Positions 9,158-12,784 of a stretch of 12,784 nt of DNA are shown one piece after another. The stretch is taken from positions 1 to 12,784 of the forward strand of contig JAYVCD010000186.1 of the NCBI GenBank assembly GCA_043750125.1, read 5' to 3'. The stretch is from Archangiaceae bacterium (lineage in GTDB: Bacteria > Myxococcota > Myxococcia > Myxococcales > Myxococcaceae). Each line of letters begins with the position of its first letter. The first letter of the stretch is position 1. Under the pieces are notes generated by a model. It was not told where the DNA came from. It did not search any database and saw only the letters and a list, made by a program, of their open reading frames with translations. The position numbers were made by a program, and so were the translations under genes.

Positions 9158-9211
9158 GAAGAGACCGACGCCCGGATGCCTTCTGGAAGGGTATCCGGGC
9201 GTTGTCTTTTC
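9158..9211 (+). terminator. Long stem-loop, probable intrinsic terminator or mRNA 3' stabiliser of the protease operon
   Basis: cgacgcccggatgcc (9166-9180) pairs with ggtatccgggcgttg (9190-9204): 15 bp including two G-U pairs that form only in the + strand RNA. The stem can extend by gaagaga/tcttttc, and it is followed by tctttt. Confidence 0.75.
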
Positions 9212-9223
9212 TGAAGGCCCGCC

Positions 9224-9784
9224 ATGACTTCCATTTGCGCCCGCTGTCCCCGCGTTCTCGGCACCAGCTGCTGTGAGGTGAAGAGCCATGAGCAACTGGC
9301 GACGCTGACCTGGGCCGACGCAGACCGCCTTCAAGAGGCGACCGGGAAGAGCGTGACGAGCTTCACCGAATTCGAATGGTTGGACGAAGGGGAAGCCGCA
9401 CGGTGGTCGCAGCTTCATCCTCAATGGGACCAGTACTTCGGGCCTTCGACGCGACGGCTGACGCTCAAGCGCAAAGACGGAGCGTGCGTCTTCCACGGGC
9501 CCCAGGGCTGCGGGTTGACCGCCGAGCAAAGGCCGACCGCGTGTCGGTTGTATCCGTTCGAGGTGCGGGGCCAGGGGGAATGGGGACTGCAGGTGGATCG
9601 CTTCGGCTCGGTCGACGACGCGGTGAAGTCCGGCGAGCACGCGTGCCTCGCGGTGGAAGAATCAGACTCGTTCGATGCGCTCTGGGAGGCGTTCGGAACG
9701 AGCCGGGAAGCGCTGGAAGCGTTGGAACAACGCCTGCGCGAGGAAGCCCGCGAGCACGGACGACGCGAACAGCGCAGATGTTGA
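9224..9784 (+). CDS. YkgJ-family (CxxCxxCC) cysteine-cluster protein, putative Zn/Fe-S binding, 186 aa
   Basis: N-terminal CARCPRVLGTSCC and a later CVFHGPQGCGLTAEQRPTACRLYPF, matching the CxF...C...RPxxCRxYPF signature. GAAGG at 9213-9217 is a plausible RBS. Confidence 0.85.
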   Translation: MTSICARCPRVLGTSCCEVKSHEQLATLTWADADRLQEATGKSVTSFTEFEWLDEGEAARWSQLHPQWDQYFGPSTRRLTLKRKDGACVFHGPQGCGLTAEQRPTACRLYPFEVRGQGEWGLQVDRFGSVDDAVKSGEHACLAVEESDSFDALWEAFGTSREALEALEQRLREEAREHGRREQRRC

Positions 9785-9833
9785 AGTCGAAGGCCCCTTC
9801 ACAGAGAAGATCTGCGGTGATTTAGAGGGCGTC

Positions 9834-10607
9834 GTGTTCGCGCCGTACCAACTCGAGCTGTTCAACTCGCGCAAAGCGGACGCCGCCCCTTCGCCCAAAG
9901 TGCGCCGGTCGGTGCCCGCGCCCGCGAAGGAAGAGGTGCTCCCGCGCGCAGATGCGCTGGCGCGCCGAATCGCTGCAGACCTGGGCGCCCGCGTTCGGCT
10001 GGTGGTGAACGACAACCGGTCGACGATGGTCAGCTACCAACGGGAAGCGGGCGAGCTGACCTTGCGCCTTCACCACATGTTCCTCGATGCGCCCGAGGAC
10101 GTGGTGCAGGCGCTGGCCGATTATGCAGGTCGCGGTCGTCGTCGGGCGGGCGAGCTGATCGACGCCTACGTTCACCACAGTGAAGAAAAGATTCGAGCCG
10201 CCAGCCGCAAGCCCGAAGCGCTGAAGTCCGCCGGCAAGTGCTTCGACCTTCAAGACGTCTTTGCCCGCTTGAACCAGAACCACTTTCAAGGCGGCATCCG
10301 GGCGAGCATCGGCTGGGGTCGCGGGGTCCACCGCCGGCGGCGAAAGTCGATTCGCCTGGGCGTCTATGACCATCAGGCGCGCGAGATTCGAGTCCACCCG
10401 GCGCTGGACAAGCCCGACGTTCCGCTGTTCTTCGTCGAATACATCGTCTTCCACGAGATGCTGCACCAGCTGTTTCCGAGCGCACGCCACGACGGGCGCC
10501 ACGTTCATCACCCGCGCGCCTTCAAGGATCGCGAGAAGGCCTTTCCGTTGTACGACGCTGCGCTGCACTGGGAAAAACAGCACCTCTCGAAGCTGCTCGG
10601 GCGCTGA
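9834..10607 (+). CDS. SprT-like / YgjP(DUF45)-like HExxH zinc metallohydrolase, ~257 aa
   Basis: LQDVFARLNQNHF..IGWGR...LGVY...IRVHPALD.PDVPLFFVEYIVFHEMLH (HEMLH at 10452-10466), followed by HHPRAF. The start is reassigned to GTG 9834 behind AGAGGG (9824-9829), because the ORF-track start 9675 overlaps the YkgJ gene. No signal peptide. Confidence 0.75.
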   Translation: MFAPYQLELFNSRKADAAPSPKVRRSVPAPAKEEVLPRADALARRIAADLGARVRLVVNDNRSTMVSYQREAGELTLRLHHMFLDAPEDVVQALADYAGRGRRRAGELIDAYVHHSEEKIRAASRKPEALKSAGKCFDLQDVFARLNQNHFQGGIRASIGWGRGVHRRRRKSIRLGVYDHQAREIRVHPALDKPDVPLFFVEYIVFHEMLHQLFPSARHDGRHVHHPRAFKDREKAFPLYDAALHWEKQHLSKLLGR

Positions 10608-10611
10608 CCGG

Positions 10612-11211
10612 CTACCAGGTCGGGCGCTTGCGCAGGAAGGCCCGGCCGCGCGGCGAGAGGTCGTAGCCGACTTCAAAGCTCTCGGTGAGGCCCAGCTTCT
10701 TCAACTTCCGCACGTCGATCTTGAACGGCTCGGTCTCTCGTCCGATCGACGCAGCGAGCTTCGAGGCGGCGATCTTCGGGCGTCGGGCGATGAGCCGCAA
10801 AGTGGCGCGGGTCCACGGGCCCTTCGCGTCCATGCGGGCCAGCTTGCGGCACAGCTCCTCGACAGCCGCGCGGTCGAGCTCGGTGTCGAGCGCCAGGGGG
10901 ACCCGGTCGCCGTCGCTTCCGTGGTGAAGGTCGACTTTGAACACCGGGGTCTGCGCGGTCAGTGGCCCCTTCGCGACCGGTCGGGCGTAGTCGATCAGCT
11001 CGGTGAGGTCGACGAAGCCGGCGCGCTTCGCGTCGTCGTCGGTGAGGCCGCCAAGGGGAATGCGGGAAATCGAATCGACCTCGACGACTCCGATCGGATG
11101 AACGCGGTAGCGCCCTCCGGCCTTGACGTGAGGCTTGTCCCACAGCCGCACCGTGAGCGTGACCGAGCCGTCGACGAGGCCTTGATGAAAACGTTTCTTG
11201 AAAAGGAGCAC
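10612..11211 (-). CDS. ASCH-like domain protein with C-terminal winged helix-turn-helix, ~199 aa
   Basis: GTG start at 11211: MLLFKKRFHQGLVDGSVTLTVRLWDKPHVKAGGRY...LTDDDAKRAGF (ASCH-like pattern). It continues PWTRATLRLIARRPKIAASKLAASIGRETEPFKIDVRKLKKLGLTESFEVGYDLSPRG (wHTH-like, wing YxLSPRG). This is the C-terminal 199 aa of track ORF 10612..12702. Stop TAG at 10612-10614. Confidence 0.75.
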   Translation of the reverse strand: MLLFKKRFHQGLVDGSVTLTVRLWDKPHVKAGGRYRVHPIGVVEVDSISRIPLGGLTDDDAKRAGFVDLTELIDYARPVAKGPLTAQTPVFKVDLHHGSDGDRVPLALDTELDRAAVEELCRKLARMDAKGPWTRATLRLIARRPKIAASKLAASIGRETEPFKIDVRKLKKLGLTESFEVGYDLSPRGRAFLRKRPTW

Positions 11212-11237
11212 TTGGGGACTTACCTGATAAGCCCAAG
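11211..11237. promoter_or_regulatory. Imperfect inverted repeat filling the divergent ASCH-wHTH/pyk gap (candidate operator or RNA hairpin)
   Basis: CTTGGG-ga-CTTA-cctga-TAAG-CCCAAG. 11211-11216 pairs with 11232-11237, and 11219-11222 pairs with 11228-11231. Confidence 0.45.
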
Positions 11238-11241
11238 GGCA

Positions 11242-12672
11242 ATGAGACGCGCAAAAATCGTTTGTACGCTGGGTCCTGCCAGCAGCAGCCAGGAGATGTT
11301 GGAGCGGTTGTTGGCGGCGGGAATGGACGTGGTTCGCTTGAATTTTTCTCACGGGACCCACGCGCAACACAAAGACCTGATCGAGAAGATTCGCGCGGCC
11401 TCGCTGAAGGTGCGCAAGGGCGTCGGCATTCTGGGAGATCTGCAGGGGCCGAAGATTCGAACCGGCCGCCTGGAAAAGGGCGAGATTCAGTTGGTCGAGG
11501 GAACTGAGTTCTTCATCACCACCGACGAGTCGCAGCCGGGGACTGAAAAAATCGTCTCGACCACCTACGGCCACCTCGCGGCGGACGTGAACGTCGGCGA
11601 CCGGATTTTGCTCGACGACGGTCTGCTCGAGCTGAAAGTGCTGTCGACGGACAAGCAGAAGCTGGTGCGGACCGAAGTGGTGCACGGGGGCCCCCTGCGC
11701 AACAACAAGGGCATCAACCTGCCCGGCGTCGCTTTGCGTGCGGACGCACTGACTCCGAAGGACAAAGAAGACCTGATTTTCGGAATCAACAACGGCGTCG
11801 ATTACATCGGACTGTCGTTCGTGCGCACGCCCCAGGATTTGGATCTGACCCGCGCGGCGATGCTCGAGGCAGGCCGGATAGTTCCGATCATCGCCAAGCT
11901 TGAGAAGCCCGAGGCGATCGCCCGGCTCGACGCGATTCTCGACAAGACCGATGGGGTGATGGTCGCCCGAGGAGACCTGGGCGTCGAGATTCCGCCCGAA
12001 GAGGTTCCCGCGATTCAAAAAGACATCATTCGTCGGGCCAACGCGCGGGCGCTGCCGGTGATTGTCGCGACCCAGATGCTCAACTCGATGATCGAGCATC
12101 CACGCCCGACCCGCGCCGAAGCCTCGGACGTGGCGAACGCGATCTTCGATGGTACCGACGCGGTGATGCTCTCGGGCGAAACCGCGAGCGGGAAGTACCC
12201 GATCGAGTCGGTCGAGATGATGGACCGCATCGTGCTGGCGGCCGAATCGGCGATGCGACAGAGCTTTCCGCGCATTGGCAGCGGCGAGCCGATGAAGATT
12301 CCGGCCGATTTTCCGGACGTGACCTGCGGAGTCGCCTGCCGAGCGGCCCGCGAGTGCGGAGCGAGCCTGATTGTCGGCTTCACGCTCTCGGGCACCACCG
12401 CGCGGCTGCTGTCGCACTACCGCCCCCAGGTGCCGATCATCGCCTTCAGTCCAAACCAAGAAGTGCGCCGCCGCCTCTCGCTGTTGTGGGGCGTGGTGCC
12501 GCGGGTGCTCGAGCCGATGCAGGAGACCGAAGCGATGGTTCGACGCGTGGAGGAAGAGCTGCTCGCGCGCGGGCTGGCTCAAAAGGGCGAGCGGATCGTG
12601 ATTGTGTTTGGCGCGCCCGTCGGACAACCCGGGAAGATCAATTCCCTGCGGCTGCACACGATTTCGATGTAG
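11242..12672 (+). CDS. pyk: Pyruvate kinase, 476 aa
   Basis: MRRAKIVCTLGPAS, RLNFSHG, DLQGPKIRTG, KGINLPG, IIAKLEKPEA, DGVMVARGDLGVEIP, ATQMLNSMIEHPRPTRAEASDVANAIFDGTDAVMLSGETASGKYP. The true start is ATG 11242 inside track ORF 10366..12672. Confidence 0.98.
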   Translation: MRRAKIVCTLGPASSSQEMLERLLAAGMDVVRLNFSHGTHAQHKDLIEKIRAASLKVRKGVGILGDLQGPKIRTGRLEKGEIQLVEGTEFFITTDESQPGTEKIVSTTYGHLAADVNVGDRILLDDGLLELKVLSTDKQKLVRTEVVHGGPLRNNKGINLPGVALRADALTPKDKEDLIFGINNGVDYIGLSFVRTPQDLDLTRAAMLEAGRIVPIIAKLEKPEAIARLDAILDKTDGVMVARGDLGVEIPPEEVPAIQKDIIRRANARALPVIVATQMLNSMIEHPRPTRAEASDVANAIFDGTDAVMLSGETASGKYPIESVEMMDRIVLAAESAMRQSFPRIGSGEPMKIPADFPDVTCGVACRAARECGASLIVGFTLSGTTARLLSHYRPQVPIIAFSPNQEVRRRLSLLWGVVPRVLEPMQETEAMVRRVEEELLARGLAQKGERIVIVFGAPVGQPGKINSLRLHTISM

Positions 12673-12679
12673 TCGAAGC

Positions 12680-12784
12680 TCAAGGCCGGGGCTTGAGCGC
12701 ACGCCCCGGCACGTCGGACTCGACGAAGATTTTGAACAGCTCTGTGTCCAGTTGACCCTTGTCGGACTCGCTTTTGAGAATGTC
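12680..12784 (-). CDS. C-terminal 34 aa of a gene entering from the right edge, probably an HD-GYP-type phosphodiesterase
   Basis: The reverse strand reads DILKSESDKGQLDTELFKIFVESDVPGRALKPRP* (TGA at 12680-12682). This resembles the IL..E...G.LD..L...F tail that ends HD-GYP domains. The catalytic motifs would lie outside the window. Confidence 0.55.
   Translation of the reverse strand, partial: DILKSESDKGQLDTELFKIFVESDVPGRALKPRP

Noticed and set aside
396-9640. Long minus-strand ORFs opposite the protease genes (396-1652, 1749-3470, 3585-4532, 4847-5836, 6428-8098, 8423-9640)
   Set aside because: They are antisense shadows with Val/Arg/Gly-rich composition and no recognisable motifs, as expected from GC-rich third codon positions.
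9675-9833. ORF-track N-terminal extension of the SprT-like gene
   Set aside because: It overlaps the YkgJ gene by 110 nt in another frame. GTG 9834 has a purine-rich RBS.
10366-12672. 768-aa ORF suggesting a pyruvate kinase with a ~290-aa N-terminal extension
   Set aside because: The extension is mostly the codon-for-codon antisense of the ASCH-wHTH gene and overlaps the SprT-like gene out of frame. Pyruvate kinase homology starts at MRRAKIVCTLGP (ATG 11242).
10612-12702. 696-aa minus-strand ORF spanning all of pyk
   Set aside because: The first ~497 codons are the in-register antisense shadow of pyk, which is common in GC-rich genomes. Only 11211..10612 looks like a real protein.
12713-12770. 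10-bp direct repeat gtcggactcg (12713-12722, 12761-12770)
   Set aside because: It is explained by the tripeptide ESD occurring twice in the minus-strand CDS. There are only two copies, so it is not a CRISPR array, and no mobile element suggests a target-site duplication.
1-12784. CRISPR arrays, tRNA/rRNA genes, transposases, integrases, or a composition shift indicating an island
   Set aside because: The window is almost fully coding, with no regularly spaced repeats, no such protein motifs, and no visible change in codon style.

Overview
GC-rich bacterial window whose gene style suggests Myxococcota (inference). The left ~9.2 kb looks like one tightly packed + strand envelope operon. It has the 3' end of a probable outer-membrane beta-barrel gene, then two tandem paralogous giant (~1,420-1,470 aa) lipoproteins, then a long terminator-like hairpin. 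Each lipoprotein has an intact metzincin zinc site (HExxHxxGxxH plus an SSIMDY Met-turn). The paralogs differ in cysteines: paralog 2 has one unpaired Cys 71 residues before the zinc motif (Asn in paralog 1), while paralog 1 has 8 extra C-terminal Cys. Downstream are a YkgJ/CxxCxxCC cysteine-cluster gene and a SprT/YgjP-like HExxH zinc protein with an N-terminal QLELF (clamp-binding-like) motif. Next, a minus-strand ASCH-like + winged-HTH gene lies 30 bp head-to-head with pyruvate kinase, with an inverted repeat filling the gap. The window ends in the C-terminal tail of a probable HD-GYP-type gene on the minus strand. No rRNA, tRNA, CRISPR array or mobile element was seen. All family calls come from motif recognition by eye, with no database searches.
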